In this document: piece after piece, positions 9,644 to 18,093 of the stretch | Layout of the letters: the number at the start of each line of letters is the position of its first letter | Numbering within the stretch: the first letter of the stretch is position 1 | Program-made: the position numbers and the translations under genes | Assembly (NCBI GenBank): GCA_963761335.1 | Contig: CAVXGR010000018.1 | Coordinates: 672,001 to 736,000, forward strand | Reading direction: 5' to 3' | DNA length: 64,000 nucleotides | Source: an uncultured delta proteobacterium | GTDB lineage: Bacteria; Desulfobacterota; Binatia; HRBIN30; BPIQ01 | The notes under the pieces: generated by a model | What the model saw: only the letters and a program-made list of their open reading frames with translations | Database searches by the model: none | What the model was told of the DNA's origin: nothing

Positions 9644-10501
9644 ATGCTGACCTCGCTGGACCATGTCGTCGTCGCCGTCAACGATCTGGCTCGGGCGACG
9701 GATACCTACCGGCGCCTGCTCGGCCGCGAGATCTCGTGGCGCGGTGAGCATCCGAGCTTCGGCACCGCGAACGTGCTGTTCCGCCTGAGCAACACCTATA
9801 TCGAGCTGCTCGCTCCCACAGGCGAGGCGGCGCTGGCGGCGCGGCTGCGACAGCATCTGCAGGAGAGGGGGGAGGGGCTCTTTGCTCTCGCCTTCGGAAC
9901 CGCTGATGCGGTCGCCTGTGCCGAGGCTCTGCGCCAGGGCGGCCTGGGCGCCTCGGCTCCGGTGGAAGGCTCGGGGCGCGAGGCCATCAGCGGCGCCGAG
10001 CGTCGCTGGCGCAATGTCTTCGTGGACGAGGACGCGACTCGCGGTGTGTTCCTCTTCGCCATCGAGCATCTTTCGCCGCCCGAGTCGCTGCGGCCAGCGG
10101 CGCCCACGGGCGCGGAGAGCGCCGCGGTTACCGGGCTCGATCACGTGGTGATCATGAGCCCGAATGCGGACGCCTCGGCACAGCTCTACGGTCAACGGCT
10201 CGGGATCCGCCTCGCCCTCGATCGGGTCTTCGAGGCGAGGGGCGTTCGCCTGCTCTTCTTCCGCATCGGCGGGGTGACGGTGGAGATCGCCTCCAGTCTC
10301 GCCGGCGGCGGCGCGGAAGACGGCGACCGCCTGTGGGGAATGTCCTACAAGGTCGCCCACGTGGCGGCGGCGCGCCAGCGCGTCGCCGAGGCGGGCTTCG
10401 ACGTCTCCGAGGTTCGCCCGGGGCACAAGCCCGGAACCCGGGTCTGCACGGTGCGCGGCGAGACCCACGGCGTGCAGACCCTCTTCATCGGGCCGGAGTA
10501 G
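9644..10501 (+). CDS. VOC/glyoxalase family protein (two VOC modules)
   Basis: LDHVVVAVNDL...GTAN...YIELL and a second LDHVVI module; start moved to ATG 9644 because the upstream ORF portion is repeat DNA. Confidence 0.85.
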   Translation: MLTSLDHVVVAVNDLARATDTYRRLLGREISWRGEHPSFGTANVLFRLSNTYIELLAPTGEAALAARLRQHLQERGEGLFALAFGTADAVACAEALRQGGLGASAPVEGSGREAISGAERRWRNVFVDEDATRGVFLFAIEHLSPPESLRPAAPTGAESAAVTGLDHVVIMSPNADASAQLYGQRLGIRLALDRVFEARGVRLLFFRIGGVTVEIASSLAGGGAEDGDRLWGMSYKVAHVAAARQRVAEAGFDVSEVRPGHKPGTRVCTVRGETHGVQTLFIGPE

Positions 10502-10543
10502 ACGCCCGGAAAGGGACGGGCTACGCCCAATGCCGGTAGGCGC

Positions 10544-10622
10544 AAGGGGACTGGCTCCTTTTCGGCGCAAGGACGCTCCACTGAAGCAGTCGACTTCCGC
10601 TGCCGAAAAGGTGCCTGTCCCC
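10544..10622. repeat. Palindromic repeat family C (AAGGGGAC(A/T)GGC...GCCTGTCCCC), copy 1
   Basis: AAGGGGACTGGCTCCTTTTCGGC ... GCCGAAAAGGTGCCTGTCCCC inverted arms. Confidence 0.7.
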
Positions 10623-10644
10623 GGCCGTTCGCCCACGGAGATTA

Positions 10645-10840
10645 TCGCCCTGCAGGGGCGGAGGCATGTAGCCCCGGGTGCCAACCCGGGGAACCTTTAT
10701 GGGGCCCATCATGGCGCGCCCCGCCAGGGGCGCGGGCCCGCGTCTGCCAGCGCCCCTGCCGGGGCGCTGATCCGGGCTCGCTGGACGCCGTTCCCCGGGT
10801 TGGCACCCGGGGCTACATGCCGGCGCCCCTGACGGGGCGA
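10645..10840. repeat. Long REP/REPIN-like palindrome family B, copy 1
   Basis: Perfect 30-bp inverted repeat GCATGTAGCCCCGGGTGCCAACCCGGGGAA (10664-10693 / 10791-10820) with terminal and internal CGCCCC..GGGGCG hairpins. Confidence 0.85.
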
Positions 10841-10853
10841 GGTCTCGGCCCCC

Positions 10854-10933
10854 GAAGGGGACAGGCACCTTTTCGGCGGCGAGGCCCGGAGACCTCGCCG
10901 GTCCCTCGAGCCGAAATGGAGCCTGTCCCCTTC
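10854..10933. repeat. Palindromic repeat family C, copy 2
   Basis: GAAGGGGACAGGCACCTTTTCGGC ... GCCGAAATGGAGCCTGTCCCCTTC. Confidence 0.7.
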
Positions 10934-13694
10934 ACTGCCCAGGCCGCCGTCTCCGGCGGAGGAGGATCACCAGAGCCAGCAGCGGCCAGACGCCCGCGGA
11001 CGCTGGACCACCGGCTGCGATCTGGCAGCCGGAGTCCGAGCTCGGGAGCGGCGTCGGCGTCTGCGTCGACTCGGGCGTCGATGTTGCCGGCGGGATCTCA
11101 GTTGCCGTTGCGGTGGGGATGGCGGTCGCCGTCGGTGTCGCCGAGGGCGCCACTTGCGCGATGCACGGCTCGCCGAGGTCAGCGATGCGCGAGGGAGGCA
11201 GAGCTTGCTGGTAGCGATCGAAGGCGCTGGGGTCGTCGAGGGCCATGGCGGTGAGATAGAAGAGGATGCCCTCCCACAGGTGTGGTGTGGCGACGCGCTG
11301 CGATGCCTCGGGTCCGTTGGGTCCTTGGACCACGAGCATCGACTCGCCGAACTGGCGCGTCTGCGGCGTGGCGTGCTCCTCGGCGAGGAGGTCGCGCAGC
11401 TCGGCGAGCTTCGGTCCGAGCTCGGCGTCGCCGCCGAAGACCAGGCCGAGGGGCACGGTGGTCTTCATGAAGTACGAGCCGCCTGCGGTCTGCAGTTGAA
11501 CGGCCGGCGTAATGACCTGGAGGTCTCCGCGCAGCTGCGTTTCGACTCGAGGATCGTCCCAGGCGAACACGCGCATCGGCCAGACCATCCAGGCGGTATC
11601 ACCGGTGGGTGCGCGCGACGGGTCGAAGCTCTGCCCGGGTTGGCTGACGAAGCGCATCGCCTCGGCGTCGTAGAGGAGCGTTTCGATGGCGTGCCGCAGC
11701 TCGCAGCCGCGCGCTTCCCAGCGCTGTGCCTCGACGTCGCGGCCGAGGAGACGCGCGGCGCGGGCGCTGACGTCGAGGGCTCCGTACACGGTCACGGCGC
11801 CGTGCAGAGTCTGGGTGTAGGCGCCGTTGTCGTCCTCGCTGGCCGGCGCCTGCAGCCCGGTCTCGGGGTCGCGCCAGTCGGCCAGCAGATCGGCGGCGCG
11901 TGAGATCGTGCCCCAGTGAGCCTCGAGATAGCTCGCGGCGTCGGCGACCCAGCCGGCATGGGTGACGATGGACCAGAGCGCGAACGCGGTGTTGTCGATC
12001 TCGAAGCGCAGAGGACCGCCGGTGGTGCCATCGGGGAAATAGTTCATCTCCCAGGCGCCGGCGGGGTAGGTGCTCGCCTCGCCGCTGCGCGGATCGCGGG
12101 GTGGCGGCTGGTCGATCAGCACCGTCGGCGCCACCGGCGTCCGCCGCTGCCAGGCGGCGTAGAGATCGGCGCGCCGGTCGACGATTTCCGACTGCCCGGA
12201 GATCTCCAGGGCGACGTCGAAGAAGGTGCCGTCGCGGGGCCAGTCGAGGCCGTAGGGCGGCTGGCGCGAGATCGAGGCGACGATCGAGCCGCTGGCGCGG
12301 TCCGTGCCGACGCGCAGATTGATCAGGGCGCGGCGCGCCACGGCGCGTGCCTCGGCCGGCGCATTCGGCAGCCGCACCGAGGACAGCCAGGTGTCGAGAG
12401 CCTGGCGCGAGGCGTTGACCACCTGCACCCCGTCGCTCACGCTTGCTGCCGCCGCCCGCGCCTGTGCCGCCGTCGGTGCCAGGCCGAGGACCACCGCCGC
12501 CCTCGCCACGCCGTCCTCGGCGAAGGTGAGCGGCGTGCGCAGTGCTTCGTTGACCTCTCCGGCGGCGATGCCGCTTCCTTCGAGCTCGCCGTCGGCGGCG
12601 TCCTGAAGAGCGTCGGTCGGCTGATACGTCCAGCCCTCTCGTGTTGGTAGCGGCGTCTGCTCGTGGCAGCGCAGGACGTCGATGACCGAGGGGTCCACAG
12701 GCAGCTCGATGCCGGGGAAGATCTGCGGCAGCTGCAGGATGTTGTCGCCGATGGTGTCGCGCATCGCACAGAGCGGCGTGGCGTCAAAGCCGATCTGGTG
12801 CTGATCGGCCTCCGGCCGGGTGGTGAGGGCGATATAGCTGCCCGCGGAGTAGCTCTGGTCGAGCCCGCTGGCGATGTCTTGCAGCTCGGCGTCGCCGGGT
12901 GCGCCGCGTTGCAGCTGATCGCCGATCGGGCCGTAGGCGACCGGCGGCGCGGCGAGCAGGTCGGTGAGCTGGCGGTAGACGAGCTGGTCCTGCGGGTGGA
13001 AGTGGATCACCGATGCGGACGACTGGTCCCACACGGCGGCGAAGTCGTTGCTGCCGTCGAAGACCCAGTCGAGAACCGGCAGCTCCGCGATCCGCGAGTT
13101 GGGCGGCATGGGGGAGAGATTGGCGTAGGTGAGCAGCCAGGCGGCGGTCACCGGGCTCTGCGTTTCCCGCCGCAGCTCGACGGCGCGCACCATGACGTCG
13201 GCGGCGTCGGCATCGGTCGACGGCGGCTGGATGGCGTCGGTGACCGTGACCGTCAGCCCGAGAGCGGCGCTGGTGTATCGGGTGACCGGATTGGGACCGT
13301 CTTCCTCGCCGTAGCTCTGCTCGATCGTCCAGGTGCTGCGGTCGCGCAGCCAGGTGACCTGCGGAGCCGCGTCGCCGCCGGTCTCCAGCCGCAGCCCGAG
13401 GAAGATGCCCGCCCCTTCCGGAGCGCCGAAGCGGGGCAGCGAGCGCGCGTGGAAGTCGTTGGAGGAGAGATAGGCGAGCTGATCGCTGTAGCTGGGGTTC
13501 GGCCAGGTGAGGACGGTGACGTCGCCGTCCGCCGAGATCCCTGCCGCCAGCCGGCCGTGGCCGGTGACGGCGTTGATGTTGGTGGCGCCATAGATGTGCT
13601 CGATGCCGTCAATGCCGCTGTCGGCGGCGGCGCCGCTGGCGAAGGCGGCGAGCAGGATCGCGACGGCTCCGAATCGGCCTGCGGATCTGATCAT
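10932..13694 (-). CDS. Secreted GH15-like (six-hairpin) glycoside hydrolase with C-terminal MYXO-CTERM-like anchor
   Basis: Signal peptide; GSIVAS...YGLDWPRDG (GH15-like WxRD), EIDNT, FGES, PHLW; Thr/Pro linker then SDSGCQI + hydrophobic segment + RRRRR. Confidence 0.72.
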   Translation of the reverse strand: MIRSAGRFGAVAILLAAFASGAAADSGIDGIEHIYGATNINAVTGHGRLAAGISADGDVTVLTWPNPSYSDQLAYLSSNDFHARSLPRFGAPEGAGIFLGLRLETGGDAAPQVTWLRDRSTWTIEQSYGEEDGPNPVTRYTSAALGLTVTVTDAIQPPSTDADAADVMVRAVELRRETQSPVTAAWLLTYANLSPMPPNSRIAELPVLDWVFDGSNDFAAVWDQSSASVIHFHPQDQLVYRQLTDLLAAPPVAYGPIGDQLQRGAPGDAELQDIASGLDQSYSAGSYIALTTRPEADQHQIGFDATPLCAMRDTIGDNILQLPQIFPGIELPVDPSVIDVLRCHEQTPLPTREGWTYQPTDALQDAADGELEGSGIAAGEVNEALRTPLTFAEDGVARAAVVLGLAPTAAQARAAAASVSDGVQVVNASRQALDTWLSSVRLPNAPAEARAVARRALINLRVGTDRASGSIVASISRQPPYGLDWPRDGTFFDVALEISGQSEIVDRRADLYAAWQRRTPVAPTVLIDQPPPRDPRSGEASTYPAGAWEMNYFPDGTTGGPLRFEIDNTAFALWSIVTHAGWVADAASYLEAHWGTISRAADLLADWRDPETGLQAPASEDDNGAYTQTLHGAVTVYGALDVSARAARLLGRDVEAQRWEARGCELRHAIETLLYDAEAMRFVSQPGQSFDPSRAPTGDTAWMVWPMRVFAWDDPRVETQLRGDLQVITPAVQLQTAGGSYFMKTTVPLGLVFGGDAELGPKLAELRDLLAEEHATPQTRQFGESMLVVQGPNGPEASQRVATPHLWEGILFYLTAMALDDPSAFDRYQQALPPSRIADLGEPCIAQVAPSATPTATAIPTATATEIPPATSTPESTQTPTPLPSSDSGCQIAAGGPASAGVWPLLALVILLRRRRRPGQ

Positions 13695-13764
13695 GCCCGG
13701 CAATCTAGAAGGCCTCGGTCACCGGTGGCAAGGGCCCGTGCAAGACAATCTGTCCCGCCGCAAG

Positions 13765-13789
13765 GTAGAAGCGCCGTCCCGGCGCTTCC
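13765..13789. repeat. REP family A, left half (GTAG hairpin)
   Basis: GTAGAAGCGCCGTCCCGGCGCTTCC. Confidence 0.75.
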
Positions 13790-13819
13790 GGGGGTTTCGA
13801 CGTTTTGTGTCGAGGAAGA

Positions 13820-14060
13820 TCGCCCCGCCAGGGGCGCGGGCATGTAGCCCCGGGTGCCAACCCGGGGAAAATGCGCGGTCTCGCATGGCGCGCCCCGCCA
13901 GGGGCGCGGGCACATGTCCGTCGAGCACTGCGGTTGTGTACCGCGCGTTCGGCCCGTTGCCACGCGCCTGCGCCCCTTCCGGGGCGCTGAGATGGGCTAC
14001 CTGGAAGGCCATTCCCCGGGTTTCACCCGGGGCTACATGCCCGCGCCCCTGACGGGGCGA
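13820..14060. repeat. Long REP/REPIN-like palindrome family B, copy 2
   Basis: GCATGTAGCCCCGGGTGCCAACCCGGGGAA at 13840, near-complement at 14012-14040, same GCGCCCCTGACGGGGCGA end as copy 1. Confidence 0.85.
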
Positions 14061-14077
14061 GAACGCCCAAGCCCGAG

Positions 14078-14101
14078 GAAGCCGCGGGACGCCGCTTCTA
14101 C
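14078..14101. repeat. REP family A, right half (hairpin-CTAC)
   Basis: GAAGCCGCGGGACGCCGCTTCTAC. Confidence 0.65.
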
Positions 14102-14139
14102 CGGCCGCGGGTTGGGGAATCGGCGACACGAGAACCGCC

Positions 14140-14178
14140 TTTGCAAGAGATTTGCACGATCTTTCCCACACCTCTCCA
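14140..14178 (+). promoter_or_regulatory. Putative OmpR-family binding box (four half-sites at 11-bp period)
   Basis: TTTGCA (14140), TTTGCA (14151), TTTCCC (14162), TCTCCA (14173), upstream of a gene cluster that includes an OmpR-type regulator. Confidence 0.45.
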
Positions 14179-14244
14179 TGCCGGCGAGATCACCAACGCG
14201 CATTGCTCTGCTCTAATCCGGTGGTGGAGATCGGGGGAGGTTCG

Positions 14245-15225
14245 ATGCGTGCCGAGCAGCAGACCGAAGACAGGCTTTCCGAAAAGGTCGCGGGGGACAG
14301 GTCGCTCTTCTTTCTCCTCCTGTCCCTGCTGCGGCCGAGCCTGCGGCTCGAGGCTCCCGGAGAGTACCGGCGTCTGGGACTGCCGCGGCAGAGAGCACGC
14401 ATCCGCGCCTGGCGGCGCGGCGGACTGATCTGTCTGTCGCTGCATCAGAGATTCGAAAGTGTGGAGAGCGGGCCTCGGGGAGTGGCGTGTACTTTTCCGT
14501 TGCCGCCGGGCGCTGTGATCACGGCCATGGACCTGAACCACGGAGCGCCTCGGGTCGCGGCGCGGGTGGGCGGTCGCCGGCCGTTGCGGGAGGAGTTCGA
14601 GCAGGCCCGCTGGGGCGGATGCCGGGCAGCCTTGCTGCGCCAGGACGCGCCGGGAGTGTTCACCCAGGAGCTCTCGTGGATGGAGCGCGGAACGGCTGCG
14701 ACCACGCGCCTCACCGCCTGCTATCCCGTGCCGCCGGACTATCGCGGCGACCGCGGCGATCACCTCCAGCTGACCCTGAGCTTCGCGGCCGAGGCCAGCC
14801 CGCCCGAGGTCGGCTTCGAGGCGGCGGCGCGCCGCTTCAATCTCTTTCCGGGAGGTGTGGCCGCCGGCGAGCGCGCCGCCGAGGGTGCGCTGCTGTCTCG
14901 TCAGACCGAGAGCGGCTCGCTCGCGGTCTTTCGCGGCCGATTGGCCGGGCGCCGGGTGCGCGTGGTGCTGGAGACCTGTGCTGCCGGCCCGAGTGTCATC
15001 CCGGACATTGCCCCGGCGATGGAGCTCACCTGCCGGCGCATTGCCGAGCTGGCGGAGATGCATCGGTCCGCCGCCAAGTGGAGCGCCGAGCGAGAGCGGC
15101 TCGCCGTGCGGGTGGCGGATATCGGCCTCGAGCAGCGCCTGGTGACGCCGTGGACGAGCATGCTGGCGGGGGCTGGCGGCGGCATCGACTCGGACGGCGA
15201 AGCGATGATCGCGGCGGCCGTCTAG
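14245..15225 (+). CDS. Divergent VIT (vault/inter-alpha-trypsin) domain protein lacking vWA
   Basis: GGGGAGG RBS; LHQRFES...TFPLPPGAVITAMDL...EFEQAR..G.RAALLRQDAPGVFTQ resembles VIT; C-terminal GLEQRLVTPWTSMLA resembles the LVTxxTS motif of VIT-vWA proteins. Confidence 0.6.
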   Translation: MRAEQQTEDRLSEKVAGDRSLFFLLLSLLRPSLRLEAPGEYRRLGLPRQRARIRAWRRGGLICLSLHQRFESVESGPRGVACTFPLPPGAVITAMDLNHGAPRVAARVGGRRPLREEFEQARWGGCRAALLRQDAPGVFTQELSWMERGTAATTRLTACYPVPPDYRGDRGDHLQLTLSFAAEASPPEVGFEAAARRFNLFPGGVAAGERAAEGALLSRQTESGSLAVFRGRLAGRRVRVVLETCAAGPSVIPDIAPAMELTCRRIAELAEMHRSAAKWSAERERLAVRVADIGLEQRLVTPWTSMLAGAGGGIDSDGEAMIAAAV

Positions 15226-15306
15226 CTCTGCCAAGGAGCGTGGGCCTTGCGGTTCGCGACCGGGTCTGCTCCCCTACGGCAGGCGGTTGACGCCGAGGAA
15301 TCCCCG

Positions 15307-15987
15307 GTGGCGCATGTACTGGTAGTCGACGATGACGGTCACATTCGCGAGGTCGTGCGCTTCGCCCTCGAGAAGGCGGGCCATCGCGTCTCTGAAGCGG
15401 CCGATGGGCACGAGGCGCTGTCCCTGCTCCGCGAGCGGCCGGTGGACATCGTCGTCCTCGACATCATCATGCCCGAGCAGGACGGCCTCGAGGTGTGCCG
15501 CCGGTTGCGCGAGCGCAGCCAGGTGCCGATCCTCTTTCTCTCCAGCCGTGACGACGAGATCGATCGGGTTCTCGGGTTGGAGATCGGCGCCGATGACTAC
15601 GTCACCAAACCCTTCAGCCCGCGCGAGCTGGTCGCCCGGGTCAAGGCGCTGCTGCGGCGGGTCTCGCCGAGCACCGAGGAGCCGGAGCAGATGCCGCTGC
15701 GGCGCGACAGCCTGGTGCTCGATCCACAGCGCTATCGCTGCTACTGGGCGGAGACCGAGGTGATCCTCACGGTCACCGAGTTCGGGCTGCTGCGCTCCCT
15801 CATGGGAACTCCGGGGCGCGTCTACTCGCGAGACGAGCTCGTCGACCGCGCCTGGGGGCATGGGCATCACATCACCGAGCGCACCATCGACAGCCACATC
15901 CGCCGCATCCGCAAGAAGTTCGGAGAGCTCGGCGCCGATCCGATCGAAACGGTCTATGGCGTCGGCTATCGTCTCCGCGCCAGCTGA
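15307..15987 (+). CDS. OmpR/PhoB-family response regulator (CreB/ChvI-like)
   Basis: VLVVDDD, VLDIIMPEQDG (phospho-Asp), GADDYVTKPFSPREL, ERTIDSHIRRIRKK, IETVYGVGY. Confidence 0.93.
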   Translation: MAHVLVVDDDGHIREVVRFALEKAGHRVSEAADGHEALSLLRERPVDIVVLDIIMPEQDGLEVCRRLRERSQVPILFLSSRDDEIDRVLGLEIGADDYVTKPFSPRELVARVKALLRRVSPSTEEPEQMPLRRDSLVLDPQRYRCYWAETEVILTVTEFGLLRSLMGTPGRVYSRDELVDRAWGHGHHITERTIDSHIRRIRKKFGELGADPIETVYGVGYRLRAS

Positions 15988-16016
15988 GAGATGATGCGCA
16001 TTCGCATCGGCGTCAA

Positions 16017-17567
16017 ATGAGACGCGGCCCGAGCATTCGCTACCTGCTGCTGATGGCGAATGCCTTCATCGTCATCGTGCCGGTGGCGGCAATCGTCTTC
16101 TTCCGCTTGTGGGACACGCACTTGGTGCGGGTCACCGAGGAGCGGCTGGCGGCCGAGTCGGTGCTGGTGGCGGAGAGCTGGCGCGACCTGCTGCGCCAGG
16201 AGCGGGGAGAAGGGGCGGCGGCGCCGTCGGCTCTGGCGGGGGCGAGCGACGAGGGCGAGTCGGTCGCCCCGATCGAGGCGACCCTCGATCTCAACTACGG
16301 CGTCATGCCCCCGGCGCCGCCGCCGACGCGCTTCGCGGCGGACCCCGGCAGCCCCGAATGGCGCGCCGGGCAACGGCTGCGGCCGCTGCTCGCGCGCGCT
16401 CGGCGCGAGAACCTCGGCGGGATTCGAATTCTCGACGCCCAGGGCTGTGTGGTCGCCTCCACCGCCGGAGATCAGGGCGCCTGTCTCGACTATCTCGAAG
16501 AGGTTCGCACGGCCCTCCGCGGTCACTACGCGGCGGTGGCCCGGCAGCGCTTTGCGCACAACCCGTTGCTGCCGCTGAATCCCTTCGGGCGCAGCGGCGC
16601 GGTGCGCGTCTACACCGCCATCCCGGTCTTCGCCGCTGGGCGAGTCATCGGCGCGGTGCGCATGTCGCGCACCAGCAGCAGCCCGCTCGAGGCCTTCTGG
16701 AAGTACCGCTACACCGTGCTGCTCGGCATCTTCGGGCTGCTGCTGCTGATGGCCACGGTGAGCTTCTTCTTCTCGCGCGCCATCTCCCGGCCGGTGAAGG
16801 CGATCACGCGGGCGGCCGAGGCGATCGCCCGGGGAGAGCCGGCGCACCGTTTCGAATGGAAGGGAATCGCACCGCTCGAGGTGCACGCGCTGAGCCTCGC
16901 CCTGAACCGGATGACGCGGCAGCTCACCGATCGCGCCGCCTACATCGCCGGGTTCGCCGCCAACGTCAGCCATGAGCTGAAGACGCCGATCACCGGGATC
17001 CGCGGCGCCGTCGAGCTGCTGCGCGACGAATGGGACGAGATGTCGGAGGAGCAGCGCCAGCGTTTTCTCCGCAACATCGACGGCGACGCCTCGCGCATGG
17101 AGCGGCTGGTGACGCGACTGCTGCAGCTGGCCCGCATTCAGAGCTCACCGGAGGGCGTCGAAACGGTCGACGTCGGCTCCTTCTTCGCGGAGCTGGGAGC
17201 GCGCTACGACGGCCGGGTGCGAATCGACCGCAGCGGCGCGCCGGGGTCGATCTGCATCAACGCCGATCATCTCGAGACCGCGGTGCGCAACCTGATCGAC
17301 AACGCCGTGCGCCACGGCGACGGCAAGCCGGTGGAGGTGACGGTGCGCGGTGGCGACGGTCGGCTGGTCATCGGCGTGCGCGACTACGGCTCGGGAATCA
17401 GCGCCGGCAACCAGAAGCGCCTGTTCGAGCGTTTCTTCACCACTGAGCGCGATCGCGGCGGCACCGGCCTTGGCCTCGCCATCGTCCAGGCGGTCGCCGA
17501 GACCCGTGGCGGCAGCATCGTCTTCGAGACCGGCGCCGAGGGGACGACCTTCGTTCTGACGGTGTGA
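16017..17567 (+). CDS. Membrane sensor histidine kinase (2 TM, HAMP, HisKA, HATPase; CreC/ChvG-like)
   Basis: NVSHELKTP H-box, NLIDNAVRH N-box, DYGSGI, LFERFFTT, GTGLGLAI. Confidence 0.93.
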   Translation: MRRGPSIRYLLLMANAFIVIVPVAAIVFFRLWDTHLVRVTEERLAAESVLVAESWRDLLRQERGEGAAAPSALAGASDEGESVAPIEATLDLNYGVMPPAPPPTRFAADPGSPEWRAGQRLRPLLARARRENLGGIRILDAQGCVVASTAGDQGACLDYLEEVRTALRGHYAAVARQRFAHNPLLPLNPFGRSGAVRVYTAIPVFAAGRVIGAVRMSRTSSSPLEAFWKYRYTVLLGIFGLLLLMATVSFFFSRAISRPVKAITRAAEAIARGEPAHRFEWKGIAPLEVHALSLALNRMTRQLTDRAAYIAGFAANVSHELKTPITGIRGAVELLRDEWDEMSEEQRQRFLRNIDGDASRMERLVTRLLQLARIQSSPEGVETVDVGSFFAELGARYDGRVRIDRSGAPGSICINADHLETAVRNLIDNAVRHGDGKPVEVTVRGGDGRLVIGVRDYGSGISAGNQKRLFERFFTTERDRGGTGLGLAIVQAVAETRGGSIVFETGAEGTTFVLTV

Positions 17568-17649
17568 CCGGTCTCTTCAGCCGCTTTTCGGGTCCCCTTG
17601 CTCGGCACCTGCCGCCGCAGTACGCCAGTGGCGCAGGAAGGAGGACGTA

Positions 17650-18087
17650 ATGTCGCTGGCGATGACGAAGGAGGAGCGTGAGGCTTTCCTGGCGGAGATG
17701 CACGTGGGCATCCTCAGCATTAGCGACGCCAGCCGTGGCCCCCTCACCGTGCCGATCTGGTACAGCTACTGCCCGGGCGAAGAGGTGCGGATGGTCACCG
17801 GAGGGAGCTCGCGCAAGGCGCGGCTGCTGCGCGCCGCCGGCCGCGCCAGCCTCTGCGTGCAGACGGAGACGCCGCCCTACAAGTACGTCAGCGTCGAGGG
17901 CCCGGTGGTCGTCGGAGAACCGCCGGACCCGGAACGCGACGTTCGCCAGATGGCGCACCGCTACCTCGGAGCGCAGATGGGAGACATGTACCTGCAGATG
18001 ACCGAAGCGGCGCGCCAGCAGAGTATTCTGGTGCGCCTTCGTCCGCAGCGCTGGCTGAGCGTCGACTACACCAAGATGGGGGCATAG
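17650..18087 (+). CDS. Pyridoxamine 5'-phosphate oxidase-like (PPOX class, possibly F420-dependent) protein
   Basis: EREAFLAE.HVGILS...GPLTVPIWY...SRKARL...SLCVQTETPPYKYVSVEG; GGAGG RBS. Confidence 0.85.
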   Translation: MSLAMTKEEREAFLAEMHVGILSISDASRGPLTVPIWYSYCPGEEVRMVTGGSSRKARLLRAAGRASLCVQTETPPYKYVSVEGPVVVGEPPDPERDVRQMAHRYLGAQMGDMYLQMTEAARQQSILVRLRPQRWLSVDYTKMGA

Positions 18088-18093
18088 GGCGAC

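Noticed and set aside
10521..10868. Short ORFs within repeat clusters (also 13691-14216 and 55470-55978)
   Set aside because: They are translations of palindromic repeats; the same peptides (e.g. PRVGTRGYMP, MENDGMRTGNEN) recur wherever the repeat occurs
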